The translations under genes were made by a program, and so were the position numbers. Below, in pieces: positions 48,201-58,488 of a stretch of DNA of 64,000 nucleotides. Position 1 is the stretch's first letter. Every line of letters begins with the position of its first letter. The stretch is from Nibricoccus sp. (GTDB lineage: Bacteria > Verrucomicrobiota > Verrucomicrobiia > Opitutales > Opitutaceae), in the NCBI GenBank assembly GCA_047602425.1, contig JASGHG010000001.1:1216001-1280000 (forward strand). Direction: 5' to 3'. The notes under the pieces are model-generated. The model saw only the letters and a list, made by a program, of their open reading frames with translations. It was not told the DNA's origin and ran no database searches.

Positions 48201-48468
48201 TTCGGCTCGTGCTACCTACAACTCCGTTTCCGGCCCCATCTTCAGTGCGTGGAAACTCGACGGCAACAAGCTCACGCTCGACGTCGAAATCCCACCCAAC
48301 ACCACCGCCACGATCCGCGTCCCCGCCTCCTCCGCCGAGGTCGTGAAGGAAAACGGCCAACCCGCCGCCAAGGCCAAAGGCATCACCTTCGAGCGCTTCG
48401 AAAACAGCGCCGCTGTTTTCAGCACCGGTTCCGGCAAGTATCACTTTACATCAACGATCAGTCCGTAA
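45217..48468 (+). CDS. GH78 alpha-L-rhamnosidase-like, secreted
   Basis: LRCEY..P.G...PRL.W, TPGWTD, DLGQN, TFHGFRY, PTDCPQRDERAGWSGD, GATTVWERW, MNSFNHYA; start trimmed to ATG 45217. Confidence 0.93.
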   Translation: MNPLKTLLPILWFFLALAAPLSAATVAKHLRCEYRVDPMGIGETRPRLNWIIAADESARGVKQTAFQILVASTPELLAKDNADLWDSGKVASDRMQVEYAGKPLAARQACVWKVRLWDESGRPTAWSQPARFSIGLLTVTDWQAQWIGLDAEPQSLDAALDNATREKLGRQPWVYADLPESKTGPLSACLRGTFTVDPARKPTQALLAVVPDQRCTVTLNGRVVAALTRWQQLTPFDVTDQLVTGNNAIGLEIVQHDGHPPAALGAVFLRFADGTTQTVAIDTTWKFSVTPAPGWTTADFDATNWKPVVAPPAKRNPWDGPPQTFTYWLPPAAQLRKDFALTKIVRRATLYATALGAYELHLNGQRVGRDLLTPGWTDFNKRVQYQTYDVTAQLRSGQNALGAVLGDGWYASVLGYTGKRYFYGGYPRLLAQLDIEYTDGSRETLATDSTWRGTTAGPIRSADLMQGCTFDARLKNDDWANPKTDTAAWQPVAIGLRSLEPEKPLAKFQIEAANADAARAIEELPACSITEPRPGAYTFDLGQNITGWVRLKVSGRPGQKIMVRHGEALNPDGSLYTSNLRGANATDVYFPRGDGIETLEPFSTFHGFRYVEVTGLETKPALDAVTGIVVHSAMERTGTFECSSPLVNRLFQNIIWGQKGNYLEVPTDCPQRDERAGWSGDAQFFVRTGTYNFDVAAFMARWLTTLAVDSQLPEGSIANVAPAFGGLWASPGWGGDGVIVCVHELYRTYGDTRVIAHNYDAMARYLTWLAGEKKPGGIRLRELGDHLNLGGGANLNALRVAHRAHLNQLMAEMAAALGRNDDAASYSAAHAEAKAEFQRDYVLPDGSIRESGQTGYALAFSMNLLADGTKPRVTEKFVDEIKKHNWHLATGFIGTPRLLPALHLAGRDDVAYKLLLQETFPSWLFQVKNGATTVWERWDGWTPEKGFQTIAMNSFNHYAFGSVGEFLYRQIAGIDAGSPGFRTIVIRPTISEGLTSARATYNSVSGPIFSAWKLDGNKLTLDVEIPPNTTATIRVPASSAEVVKENGQPAAKAKGITFERFENSAAVFSTGSGKYHFTSTISP

Positions 48469-48579
48469 GACCCCGAGTCAGCATCATCAAATACCTACGG
48501 AAATATAACCCGCGAACGTGATTCACCGACTCTAAAAGACCTCACGAGCAGGCTCACAATTCTAGTATCCCAAACTCAA

Positions 48580-49218
48580 ATGGCGTCCCGTAACATCACA
48601 GATTTACTTAACGAGTTCCGGGAGTGGATAGATGCCATTTATGGCACCTACCTCGATTCAGTAGATGCATTCCCTCTGCTGAAAGCTGAGAATGAAAAAG
48701 AAAAAAAAGAAATCGCGCATGAGCTACTGGGCTTATCCGATATAAACCAAGCATCGGAAAGAATAAGGCGCTCATATCCACGTCTAGTAAAAGGCGGCAA
48801 GGCAGAGCGAGAAATTCACTTACACTGCGCGGATATCGACACGGTGATTAAACGTAACGAGAGGGGCGGAAAGAACACGATTTTCTCGGCTAAAATGGCG
48901 GTGATTTCAATATTCGGATACTGGGAAGACCACATCAGAAAAAAGCTCGAACAAACCCTCAGCTCTGAGGCTGAATCGGTAAAAGTCCAAGCCCCGGTAC
49001 TGGGTGATCTATGCCTCATTCGCAACATGATCGTGCATAATCGGTCTAGGGCAGATGAAAACACACCAAGGCTAAAGATCCTTCACTGGTTTTCAGAAAA
49101 CGATGATATCAATCCCACCAAAGATCAGATCGAAGATCTCGTTGATCGGCTATTTGAATTTTCCCGCAGTTTCGAAACTGACTGTTCACCTTTTATTGTG
49201 AAGTCACAGAAACAGTAA
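48580..49218 (+). CDS. Low-GC hypothetical protein with HEPN-like R-x4-H motif
   Basis: VISIFGYWEDHIR...LIRNMIVHN; AT-rich codons. Confidence 0.6.
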   Translation: MASRNITDLLNEFREWIDAIYGTYLDSVDAFPLLKAENEKEKKEIAHELLGLSDINQASERIRRSYPRLVKGGKAEREIHLHCADIDTVIKRNERGGKNTIFSAKMAVISIFGYWEDHIRKKLEQTLSSEAESVKVQAPVLGDLCLIRNMIVHNRSRADENTPRLKILHWFSENDDINPTKDQIEDLVDRLFEFSRSFETDCSPFIVKSQKQ

Positions 49219-49225
49219 GTCATCC

Positions 49226-51331
49226 TCACCGCCCGCGCTGGAATTTTTTGAACAGCTTTTTTCCGTGACCGTGCTTGTTCGCTGAACCGGACGGACAGGG
49301 TTTTGGCTTTGTCTGGTCGTTGTAGGTCACGCCGGGCGTGAGTTGGGTTTTGTCTTTGCCTCCATCGAGTAGTTTCGGCGCGAGGTCTTGCAGGCCGAGC
49401 TTGATCATCGACGCGCGCAGGGCGCCTTTTAGCTCGGGCTTGTACCAAAAGAAAAAGCTACGCTGCTCCTGTTTTTCCTCGGGTGTGTGTGCGCAGGCGA
49501 CGGGTTTGCCGTCGTAGGGGTGTACGCCGGTCGCGTAGATCTCCGTCGCAACCGTCATCGGCGTTGGCGTGAAGTCCTGCACTTGCTCCAACTTGAATCC
49601 GAGTTCCTTTGTTTGCACGGCAAGATCGGCCATGTCCTTCGCCTCGGAGCCGGGGTGCGAACTGATGAAATACGGAATCATCTGGAGCTGCGGCTTGCCG
49701 ACCTTCTCTTTGATCTCGTCGAACTTTTTCTTAAACTTTCGAAAGAGGGAAAATGACGGCTTGCGCATCACACGCAGCGTGGCGTCGGACGTGTGCTCGG
49801 GCGCGACTTTTAAGCGACCGGAGACGTGATGTTCGACGAGTTCCTCCATGAAGCGCTCGTGACTCTTCGCGACCTCGGGGGATTTTTTCTCGTGGAGAAA
49901 CAAGTCATAGCGCAGGCCGCTGGTCACGAAGGCGTGTTTCACACCGGGAGTTTCGCGCACGGATTTGTAGATATCGAGAAGTGCGTTGTGGTCGGTGTCG
50001 AGGTTCGGGCACATTTGCGGCCACATGCAGCTGGGACGAACGCATTCGTCGCAGATCCATTGTTCCTTGCCCTTCATCTTGTACATGTTGGCCGAAGGGC
50101 CGCCGAGATCGGTGATCGTGCCGTGGAAATCGGGCATGGCCTTCACCGCTTCGACTTCGCGCAAAATGCTTTCCTTGCTGCGGCTCGCGACAAATTTGCC
50201 CTGATGCGCCGAGATCGTGCAGAAGCTGCAACCGCCGAAACAACCGCGGTGCATGTTGATCGAGTGCTTGATCATCTCGTACGCCGGGATCGGACCGCGC
50301 TTGCGGTAGCGTGGATGCGGCAGACGCGTGAATGGCAGGTCGAAGCTGCGGTCGATTTGTTCCTCGGTCATGGTTGGGAACGGCGGATTCACCACGAGCA
50401 TGCAGTCGCCCGTGAGTTGGAGCAGGCGGCGCGCTTTCACGCGGTTCGACTCGGTTTCGATCTGCTTGAAATTTTTCGCGTAGAGCTCGCGGTCGGCGAG
50501 ACACTCGTCGTGCGAGTAGAGAATGTGGTCGTCCCAATTCGCGTTTTTTGGAACAGCCGCGCCGGGCGGAAGCAGCACGGCGGTTTGTGCGATCGTTTTT
50601 AGTGAAGAAAATGGAACGCCACGTTTGAGCAGGCGGAGCATCTCGATGAGCGGGAGTTCGCCCATGCCGTAGACAAGCAGGTCGGCGCCGCTGTCAGCGA
50701 GAATCGAGGGTTTGAACGAATCCGACCAGTAGTCGTAATGCGTCACGCGGCGCAAGCTCGCCTCAATACCGCCGACCATAACCGGCACATCGGGGTAAAG
50801 TTGCTTGAGGATTTTCGTGTAGGTTGTGACCGCGTAGTCGGGACGGAAATCGGGCGCGCCGTCGGGCGTGTAGGCGTCTTCGGAACGCGGTTTGCGCGCC
50901 GCCGTGTAGCGGTTGATCATCGAGTCCATGCAGCCCGCGGTGACGCCAAAGAAGAGGCGGGGCGCGCCGAGTTTTTTGAAATCGCGCAGGTCGTCGCGCC
51001 AGTTGGGCTGCGGCAGAATTGCCACGCGATAACCCTCGCGTTCGATGATACGTCCGACCGCCGCCGTGCCGAACGAGGGATGATCCACGTAGGCGTCGCC
51101 CGAGACGATGATCACATCGACTTGGTCCCAACCGCGCGCGTCGAGTTCGTCGCGCGAAGTCGGCAGCCAGCGCGCCGCGTCCCAGATCGGATCGCGAGTG
51201 GGTTTGGCGTGGCTGGCGGCGGGCGCGGACGGAGGCGGCGACGCCGACGGAATGTGCGGTTTCGCCGAAGTGGCAGCGGAAGTTGGCGGGTGATTTTGCA
51301 AAGACGGCGCACCTTCGCCCAAGGTCGGCAT
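49226..51331 (-). CDS. ygiQ: YgiQ-family radical SAM protein (start uncertain)
   Basis: GDAYVDHPSFG, GGIEASLRR, HRGCFGGCSFC, DLGGPSANMY, LKVAPEH, QVQDFTPTPMT. Confidence 0.93.
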   Translation of the reverse strand: MPTLGEGAPSLQNHPPTSAATSAKPHIPSASPPPSAPAASHAKPTRDPIWDAARWLPTSRDELDARGWDQVDVIIVSGDAYVDHPSFGTAAVGRIIEREGYRVAILPQPNWRDDLRDFKKLGAPRLFFGVTAGCMDSMINRYTAARKPRSEDAYTPDGAPDFRPDYAVTTYTKILKQLYPDVPVMVGGIEASLRRVTHYDYWSDSFKPSILADSGADLLVYGMGELPLIEMLRLLKRGVPFSSLKTIAQTAVLLPPGAAVPKNANWDDHILYSHDECLADRELYAKNFKQIETESNRVKARRLLQLTGDCMLVVNPPFPTMTEEQIDRSFDLPFTRLPHPRYRKRGPIPAYEMIKHSINMHRGCFGGCSFCTISAHQGKFVASRSKESILREVEAVKAMPDFHGTITDLGGPSANMYKMKGKEQWICDECVRPSCMWPQMCPNLDTDHNALLDIYKSVRETPGVKHAFVTSGLRYDLFLHEKKSPEVAKSHERFMEELVEHHVSGRLKVAPEHTSDATLRVMRKPSFSLFRKFKKKFDEIKEKVGKPQLQMIPYFISSHPGSEAKDMADLAVQTKELGFKLEQVQDFTPTPMTVATEIYATGVHPYDGKPVACAHTPEEKQEQRSFFFWYKPELKGALRASMIKLGLQDLAPKLLDGGKDKTQLTPGVTYNDQTKPKPCPSGSANKHGHGKKLFKKFQRGR

Positions 51332-51421
51332 TGGTGCAAGTGCGCCGTGCAAAGCCGTTGTCCATCACCTCTTCACACTTTCCCCTTTCCTTGTGCGCTA
51401 AGTTACTGCTGATTTTCCCAC

Positions 51422-52367
51422 ATGTCTTCCCAAGTTGAAAACGTCGTCATCGTCGGCACGGGCTGCGCGGAGCCTCACCGCCGCGGTTTACACCGGTCGC
51501 GCCAATCTGTCCCCGCTGGTCATCGAGGGCAACCTGCCTGGCGGCCAACTCACGACCACTTCGGAAGTGGAAAATTTCCCCGGCTTCCCGGAAGGCGTCG
51601 ACGGCTTTCAACTGATGGACAACCTGCGCAAGCAAGCCACGAAGTTCGGAACGCGTTTTCAGCAGGCGATGGTCAAATCCGTCGATTTCTCCAAGCAACC
51701 GCTGAAACTCGTCACCAGCGAAGGCGAAATTCTCACCAAAGCCGTCATCATTGCCACCGGTGCTTCGCCGCGCATGACCGGCATGCCCGGCGAAAAAGAA
51801 CTCTACGGCGGTAAAGGCGTGACCACTTGTGCGACGTGCGACGGCGCGTTTTATCGCAAGATGGACGTTGCCGTGATCGGCGGCGGCGACAGCGCAGCGG
51901 AAGAAGCGCTCTTCCTCACGCGTTTCGCCAGCAAAGTTTATCTCGTGCATCGCCGTGACACGTTGCGCGCGTCGAAGATCATGGCCGACCGCGCCACAAC
52001 TCATCCCAAGATCCAAATGGTCTGGGACAGCGCGCCAACCGAAGTTCTCGGCGTGCAGGAGGGCGGCGTGACCGGCCTGAAAATCAAGAACGTGAAAACC
52101 GGCGCCGAGTCCGTGCTGCCCGTGAAAGGCATCTTCGTTGCCATCGGCCATCAGCCCAATACCGGCGCTTTTGCCAGCGCGGTTGAGGTCGATGCCGAAG
52201 GCTATTTCAAACCGGTCAATGGTTCCCAAGTGCGCACCAAAACGCCCGGTGTGTACGTCGCCGGCGACTGCGCGGATCACGTTTACCGCCAAGCCATCAC
52301 TGCCGCCGGCATGGGATGCCAAGCCGCTATCGAAGTGGAACGCTGGCTCGCCGAGCATGGCGGATGA
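51422..52367 (+). pseudogene. trxB: Thioredoxin reductase with +1 frameshift near the 5' end
   Basis: [16 protein letters not shown] in one frame; [31 protein letters not shown] in the next; extra A at 51471. Confidence 0.9.
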
Positions 52368-52619
52368 GTTTCCGCGTGCTCTTGTAACTTCAGTCCAGTC
52401 ACCTCGCCCGAGTGAACTTTTGACGGTTGTCGTCTTCGGTTGCCTCAAGGCGTTTGGTTGGCTGCGCGTGCGATTGCGCGCAAGCACACAGAAGTTCTTG
52501 CGTTACAGAATATTTACTCGACGCCTTGTCGTGTGATCTCATACTGGCTCAAGCGCTTAGCTGAACGAGCCGATGGATAAGCCAATTATCCCATCGTCAA
52601 CTTGCCCGCCCCAGCCCGG

Positions 52620-55295
52620 ATGACTCACGCAAGACTCTTCGCCAGAATCTTTCGGTCAGTCCTTTGCCTAATCGCCTTCGCGGTGGGTGTGACGGTTGTT
52701 CATGCGCAAGGGAATCTCAAGCGACCGCAAGTCCTCGTAGTGCTCTCTTACCACGTCGGCATGCGCTGGGAAGACGACGTCACCCGCGGAATCGTCGATA
52801 AACTCGGTGAGCAATGCGAACTCATCATTACCCAACTCGACGTCCAGCGATACTCCGTGCTCGGTCGCGAAAAAAAGATGCTCGAGATCATGTCCAACCG
52901 GGTAAAAATGAGCCGTCCGGTGTTGGTGATCGCCGTCGACGATTTTGCCTATCGCTACGTTTTGGAAAATCGCGACGAGTTCGAAGCGGGCACTCCAATC
53001 GTTTTTGGCGGCGTGAATTTTTGGCAGGAAGAACAACCGCGCGGTGTGACCGGAGTAGTCGAGTCCATCGATTTCGGAAACACTTTTGACCTCATGAGCC
53101 AGCTTCAGCCCGAAGCCAAACGCTGGGTCATCGTGAACGACCAGAGCGGCACCGGTCAGGCCAATCGCAAAGCTTTTGAGCGCGTTCGCCCTGAACTTCT
53201 TTCCCGCTTTGGCTCACGCGAAATCCTCTGGTTGGGCGATGGCACTTACGCCGAAACAGAAGCGCGGCTGGCAAAACTCGATCCTAAACGGGATGCCGTT
53301 CTCCTGCTGACTTGGAATACCGATGGCACCGGTTTAGCCCGCTCCTACGAAGCCTCCGTTCGACGTGCGCGTGAAATCTGTCCTGCTCCGCTTTACGGGA
53401 TGTGGGGATTTTATTTTGGAAATGGCATCGTCGGCGGTTCCCTCATTGATGGACAAATTCACGGTGCGGAAATTGGCGACATCGCCCGACGCGTACTTTC
53501 CGGCGAATCCCCCGAAAGTATTCCCGTCGTCACGCAATGTCGCACCACGCTGAAAATCGACTACCGCGAATTCCAACGTCTGGGCCTCAATAAAAAACTC
53601 ATCCCCAAGAACGCCGAGGTCCACCATCGGACCCTTTCCGTCTGGGAACAGTACGCGGCGGCCATCATTGTCATCGCCGTGGTTATTGGCCTCCAAGCCA
53701 CCACCATCACCTGGCTGATCATTGTCATCCAACGCCGTCGGCAGGCCCGCGCCCGCCTGCGCGAGAGCGAAGCCCGACTACGCCATACGCTCGATTCGCT
53801 CGAGGAGGCCGTGATTGTCACCGATCCGCGCAACCACATCACACGCATCAACCCCGCGGCTGAAAAACTTACAGGCGTGCAAAACGCCGACGCGCTCACC
53901 CAGCCGCTGCACGCCATTCTCCCGCTGCAAGACTTGCAAAACGGCCTGCCCCTCGTCCTCCCCACTTTGCTGAGCCTGCAACAGGAGCAAGCAAGCCGAA
54001 CTATTCGAGCTCGCCTAAAAAGTCGCGAGGGTCCCGAATACATTGTCGTTCATAGTGCCGCGCCCATCCTGGACGACGAGGGTGCTGAACAGGGCATGGT
54101 CATGGTTCTGCGCAACGTCACCGAACAACACCGCCTCGAGGAACAACTGTATCAGGCGCAAAAAATGGAGTCGATTGGCCAGCTCGCCGGCGGCATCGCT
54201 CACGATTTTAACAACATTCTCGCCGTCATTGTCGGGCACGGCGAACTTCTCCGCGAACAACTGCAAAACCAACCCGCCGCGCTCGAGGATCTCCAAATGC
54301 TCCTCCGCGGCGCCCAACGCGCCACGGACCTCGTTCAGCAAATCCTCGCCTTCAGTCGCAAGACCAAGCACGAGATGACGCCGCTCCATTTGCAGACCGT
54401 CGTGAAGGAAGCCTTAAAATTCCTTCGCTCCACCGTCCCCACGTCGATCGAAATCGCTCCCCGCATCAGCGCGGATCTTCCTCTCATTCTCGGCGACCTG
54501 ACTCAGATTCATCAGGTCATCATGAACCTTTGCACCAACGCCGCCCATGCCATGAAAGGCTCAAGCATGGGCCGCCTTGAGGTTCGTCTCGAATCCATCC
54601 ACGCCAACACGGAATTTGCGCTCATGCACCCGGGGCTTCGCGAGGGCGAATACGTTCGCCTCAGCGTCAGCGATACCGGCCACGGCATGGACGAAGCCAC
54701 CATCAAGCGTATTTTCGAACCATTCTTCACCACCAAAGCCCACGGAGAGGGCACCGGCCTCGGCCTTTCGGTGGTGCATGGAATCGTCAAGGCTCACAAT
54801 GGTGGTATCTTCGTCTACAGCCACCCCGGCGAGGGGACCATTTTTCACATCTACCTTCCAGCGCTTTCCATTTCGAAAACCACCGAGGAGGCCGCCTCCA
54901 CCGCGGTCCCAACAGGCAATGGCGAACACATTCTTTTTGTCGACGACGAGCCTGCCATTGTGGTCGCCGCGCGCCGCATGATCGAGGGGCTCGGCTATCG
55001 CATCACCGTCTTTCAAGACCCTTTGCTCGCGCTTGATCACTTGCGCAAGCATGCCGCCGAATTCGATTTGATCGTGAGCGATCTCACCATGCCCGGCGCC
55101 AGCGGCATCGTTCTCTCGGACGAAGTACGGCGCATCCGCCCTGATTTACCCATCATCCTGACCACTGGTTTTGCCGCTGAACTCACCGAGGCCGACATCA
55201 AAAACCGCGGCATTCACCAATTGCTCCTGAAGCCCTTCACCACCCCGACCATCGCCCGCGCCCTCCACGCCGTGCTGCAAAATAAGTCGGCGTAA
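52620..55295 (+). CDS. Hybrid sensor histidine kinase (periplasmic binding-like domain, PAS, HisKA, HATPase, REC)
   Basis: [52 protein letters not shown]. Confidence 0.93.
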   Translation: MTHARLFARIFRSVLCLIAFAVGVTVVHAQGNLKRPQVLVVLSYHVGMRWEDDVTRGIVDKLGEQCELIITQLDVQRYSVLGREKKMLEIMSNRVKMSRPVLVIAVDDFAYRYVLENRDEFEAGTPIVFGGVNFWQEEQPRGVTGVVESIDFGNTFDLMSQLQPEAKRWVIVNDQSGTGQANRKAFERVRPELLSRFGSREILWLGDGTYAETEARLAKLDPKRDAVLLLTWNTDGTGLARSYEASVRRAREICPAPLYGMWGFYFGNGIVGGSLIDGQIHGAEIGDIARRVLSGESPESIPVVTQCRTTLKIDYREFQRLGLNKKLIPKNAEVHHRTLSVWEQYAAAIIVIAVVIGLQATTITWLIIVIQRRRQARARLRESEARLRHTLDSLEEAVIVTDPRNHITRINPAAEKLTGVQNADALTQPLHAILPLQDLQNGLPLVLPTLLSLQQEQASRTIRARLKSREGPEYIVVHSAAPILDDEGAEQGMVMVLRNVTEQHRLEEQLYQAQKMESIGQLAGGIAHDFNNILAVIVGHGELLREQLQNQPAALEDLQMLLRGAQRATDLVQQILAFSRKTKHEMTPLHLQTVVKEALKFLRSTVPTSIEIAPRISADLPLILGDLTQIHQVIMNLCTNAAHAMKGSSMGRLEVRLESIHANTEFALMHPGLREGEYVRLSVSDTGHGMDEATIKRIFEPFFTTKAHGEGTGLGLSVVHGIVKAHNGGIFVYSHPGEGTIFHIYLPALSISKTTEEAASTAVPTGNGEHILFVDDEPAIVVAARRMIEGLGYRITVFQDPLLALDHLRKHAAEFDLIVSDLTMPGASGIVLSDEVRRIRPDLPIILTTGFAAELTEADIKNRGIHQLLLKPFTTPTIARALHAVLQNKSA

Positions 55296-55405
55296 AGAAA
55301 CCGCCGCCCCGCGATGCACCCACCGCGACGCGCCTTTTCGATTCACGCATCTTTCCAGTCGCCAAGCCGGGGCCTTTTTGCGTTTTGAAGGTGAGCACCT
55401 TCCCC

Positions 55406-56521
55406 ATGGCCAAGGTCGTCATCGAAAACCTCGTCAAAACCTACCCCGACAAAAACGGGCCCGGCGCCACCGTCGTTCACGGTATCAACCTCGATATTCA
55501 AGAACGCGAATTCATGGTTTTAGTGGGGCCATCTGGTTGCGGTAAATCCACCACGCTGCGCATGATCGCCGGCCTTGAGGAAATTTCCAGCGGTCGCATT
55601 TTGATCGACGGCCGTGTCGTCAACGACGTCCTGCCGAAGGATCGCGACATCGCCATGGTTTTCCAAAACTACGCGCTCTACCCGCACATGAGCGTCTATG
55701 AGAACATGGCTTTCGGCCTCAAGCTGCGCAAAATGCCCAAGTCCGAAATCGATGCCCGTGTGCGCGAAGCCGCCGCCATGCTCGGACTCGAAAACTACCT
55801 CAACCGACGCCCCAAGGCCCTCTCCGGCGGCCAGCGGCAACGCGTCGCCGTCGGTCGCGCCATCGTGCGCAAACCCAAGGTCTTCCTCTTCGACGAACCG
55901 CTTTCCAACCTCGATGCCAAGATGCGCGTCTCCACCCGCGCGGAGATTTCAAAGCTCCACGCCAGCCTCGGAGTCACGATGATCTACGTCACTCATGACC
56001 AAGTCGAAGCCATGACAATGGGCGACCGCATCTGCGTCATGAAGGACGGCCGCATCATGCAAGTGGCCGAACCAATGGAACTCTACAATCGGCCCGCCAA
56101 TCTCTTTGTGGCCGGCTTCATCGGCAGCCCTCCGATGAATTTTCTTCACGGTACAATCCATCGCGACGACGGCGACCGTCTCGCGTTCGTGGAAAAAAAT
56201 TCGACAACCACACCCGTCAAAATTCCGCTCAACGATTTTCTCGCCAGCAAAGTCGGCCCGCGCTTGGGTCAACCTATCGTCCTTGGTATCCGTGCGGAAA
56301 ACGTCCACCACGCCGACGGTGATCCCAACGCAATCGTCCTTCGCGTCGACGTCGCCGAGCCTATGGGCGCGGAAACATTCCTTTATCTCAACAGTGGAGC
56401 GCACACTCTGGTCGCGCGCGTCTCGCCGAACCTGCGTTTTGAACCAGGCACTTCCCTCCCCGTCGCGCTCGATCTGGCGAATGCCCATCTTTTCGATCCC
56501 GCCACCGAACAAGTGTTATAA
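55406..56521 (+). CDS. Sugar ABC transporter ATPase (MalK/UgpC/MsiK type)
   Basis: [51 protein letters not shown]. Confidence 0.95.
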   Translation: MAKVVIENLVKTYPDKNGPGATVVHGINLDIQEREFMVLVGPSGCGKSTTLRMIAGLEEISSGRILIDGRVVNDVLPKDRDIAMVFQNYALYPHMSVYENMAFGLKLRKMPKSEIDARVREAAAMLGLENYLNRRPKALSGGQRQRVAVGRAIVRKPKVFLFDEPLSNLDAKMRVSTRAEISKLHASLGVTMIYVTHDQVEAMTMGDRICVMKDGRIMQVAEPMELYNRPANLFVAGFIGSPPMNFLHGTIHRDDGDRLAFVEKNSTTTPVKIPLNDFLASKVGPRLGQPIVLGIRAENVHHADGDPNAIVLRVDVAEPMGAETFLYLNSGAHTLVARVSPNLRFEPGTSLPVALDLANAHLFDPATEQVL

Positions 56522-56638
56522 GGAGGACTCAATTGCCTTCATGCTTTGAGGAAAACATCGCAGAGCTTGCGGCTAAAAAACGACCGCACAGGGATACGAT
56601 TTGATCGATTGCGTATTTCCGAGCGTCCCCGCGCAGGC

Positions 56639-56669
56639 AAAAAAAAACGCGCGGCTGGCAGCCGCGCGT
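56639..56669 (-). terminator. Intrinsic terminator between convergent genes
   Basis: Minus strand ACGCGCGGCTG-C-CAGCCGCGCGT followed by a T run. Confidence 0.7.
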
Positions 56670-56693
56670 CGTGACAAAGAATTTGGTCGAAGG

Positions 56694-57509
56694 TTAGATC
56701 GTCAATTTGAGCGTCTTGTCGTCGATAACGACCGTTTTGACTTTCTTCCAAGCACCCAGCAATTCAGGCGGCAGTGCGTCGCTGGACATCGCTTTTTTCA
56801 TGATGTATTCCACCGCGTGCGGGAAGCGATGCAGCGGAAAGGAACCAATCATGAGCTCGTCGGGAACGAAAACGTACATGTCGTCTCGTTTCTCGAAACC
56901 GCCCCGAGTCTGAACGACAACCGGAAATTGATAACCAAGTGTGGTGACCACAGTCGGCACACCGACCTGCATAGCTCCGTTGCGTATCCGAAAATTCACC
57001 GCCTTGTAAGTGATAAGCTCTTCCGGAGGAGCCTCGGCTGGAGTTTCCTCAGCAGGAGCGGCTGGCGCAGCTGCGGCTGTGGCCGCGGGTTTGGGCGATT
57101 TCGCCGGCGTCTTCCCGGCAGCTTTCGCTTTGGCGGCGGCTGCGTCTGCCGCAGCCGTTTCCTTCGCCATCTTTTCGAGTTCTTTTTGGCCTGATTCCGT
57201 GCTGCTCAGGAACCACATGTTCAACTCGTCCTCGTTTAATGTGACTTCGCCCGGCGTGCTCTCGATGAGCATCTGGCGTTTGCGCATCCATTGCTTCGAC
57301 CTAAGCGCATCGGCTGTCCCCGTGACGTAGTAGGTCGCCCCGCGGATGCGTTCATCCTCTTTGGGCATTTCCTTGACGGTCAGTGCGGGTTTGAAAATCA
57401 GGAAAGAAATCGCCAGCGCCGCACCCAGCGAAATGCTGAGAATAACGCCAAACGTGATCTCGTAGATAGTGGGCCCGTAAAGGGCGCGGTCGAGTTTTCG
57501 ATTCCTCAT
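56694..57509 (-). CDS. Hypothetical membrane-anchored protein with Ala/Pro/Lys insert
   Basis: N-terminal TM segment, low-complexity central linker. Confidence 0.7.
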   Translation of the reverse strand: MRNRKLDRALYGPTIYEITFGVILSISLGAALAISFLIFKPALTVKEMPKEDERIRGATYYVTGTADALRSKQWMRKRQMLIESTPGEVTLNEDELNMWFLSSTESGQKELEKMAKETAAADAAAAKAKAAGKTPAKSPKPAATAAAAPAAPAEETPAEAPPEELITYKAVNFRIRNGAMQVGVPTVVTTLGYQFPVVVQTRGGFEKRDDMYVFVPDELMIGSFPLHRFPHAVEYIMKKAMSSDALPPELLGAWKKVKTVVIDDKTLKLTI

Positions 57510-57554
57510 GTTAGTGATGGGGTGCGCAGATTGGACATGAGGAAGACTCCAAGT

Positions 57555-57821
57555 TCAATCCGAGGTTTTCCCGGAAGACGCCGGAGGTGGCGCTTTTACG
57601 TTTTCTTTGCCACCTTCTTTTGGCGCCGGTCCACTGGTTTTTTTATAGTCGGTTATGTAGAAACCCGTGCCTTTAAATATGAGGCCGGCACCGCTTCCGA
57701 TCTTGCGGCGAACTTTGCCCTTTTTCCCACAGGTACAAACTTTAAGTGGCGTATCTTTCATCGACTGAAAGACTTCAAAATCCTTACCACATTTCAGACA
57801 GGCATATTCGTACGTCGGCAT
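57555..57821 (-). CDS. FmdB-family zinc-ribbon protein
   Basis: MPTYEYAC..C...FE..QSM.D...C.CG...FKGTGFYITDY. Confidence 0.9.
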   Translation of the reverse strand: MPTYEYACLKCGKDFEVFQSMKDTPLKVCTCGKKGKVRRKIGSGAGLIFKGTGFYITDYKKTSGPAPKEGGKENVKAPPPASSGKTSD

Positions 57822-57841
57822 AGAGAGTGAAAAGCCGGGCG

Positions 57842-58450
57842 TTATGGGTAACGCACGCCGCTTTTACGAGACTCTTCCACCGCACGAAAAAACGCTCCAT
57901 AAAAACTCCACCCCGCCGCCAAGGCCATGAAAAGGGTAAAGGTCATTAATGGGTAAACGGTTGCGATAAATCCGGCCACCGCGAATGTCGGAATCAGAAA
58001 ACGCGCTTTGCTCGATCGCAGCATCGTGATCAACAACCAGATACGAAACGCGTCCCGGTATTCTTCACGTTTCTGGTATTGATAAATACCTGCTGCCGTC
58101 AAAGGCATGGCTAACAACACGGCCGGTACCATGGGCAGATAGACAAAGACGCCGTAGTTGAAAATGCGCAACGGCCAGGTCAGCGCCCAACCGATTCCCA
58201 CCGGCAACACCCCCAGCACCAAAAAAATCAAGAAGGCCGGAATGCCGTTCACGAACAGCCGCCGCCAGTCGTCCCATTCGGGAAAGTCCAAGCTGTCGCC
58301 CCGGCGCGCCCGCGCCAGCAACTCGTACAAATACCCAAACGCAAAGAAATGCGCGACGGGCACCGCCATGAGCAGTGCGCCAATCACGCATTTCAAAAAC
58401 CAGGACGAACTCGAAAAGAGACGTTTGCAGACTTGTTCCAGGGTCGGCAT
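57842..58450 (-). CDS. DUF4013-like membrane protein
   Basis: P...GY......G..L.FPEWDDW..LF..G, several TM segments. Confidence 0.75.
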   Translation of the reverse strand: MPTLEQVCKRLFSSSSWFLKCVIGALLMAVPVAHFFAFGYLYELLARARRGDSLDFPEWDDWRRLFVNGIPAFLIFLVLGVLPVGIGWALTWPLRIFNYGVFVYLPMVPAVLLAMPLTAAGIYQYQKREEYRDAFRIWLLITMLRSSKARFLIPTFAVAGFIATVYPLMTFTLFMALAAGWSFYGAFFRAVEESRKSGVRYP

Positions 58451-58488
58451 TGAGACAGGCAATATTCATACAAGTAGGCCCCGCGCCA

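Noticed and set aside
45121..48444. 1107-aa antisense ORF over GH78 (likewise 34092-35744, 18925-20292, 3560-4756, 9134-10306)
   Set aside because: Shadow ORFs caused by GC-rich codon bias on the coding strand; no recognisable motifs
51435..51470. ORF-caller TTG start for trxB
   Set aside because: It would omit the GxGxxG FAD motif, which is encoded in the other frame from ATG 51422
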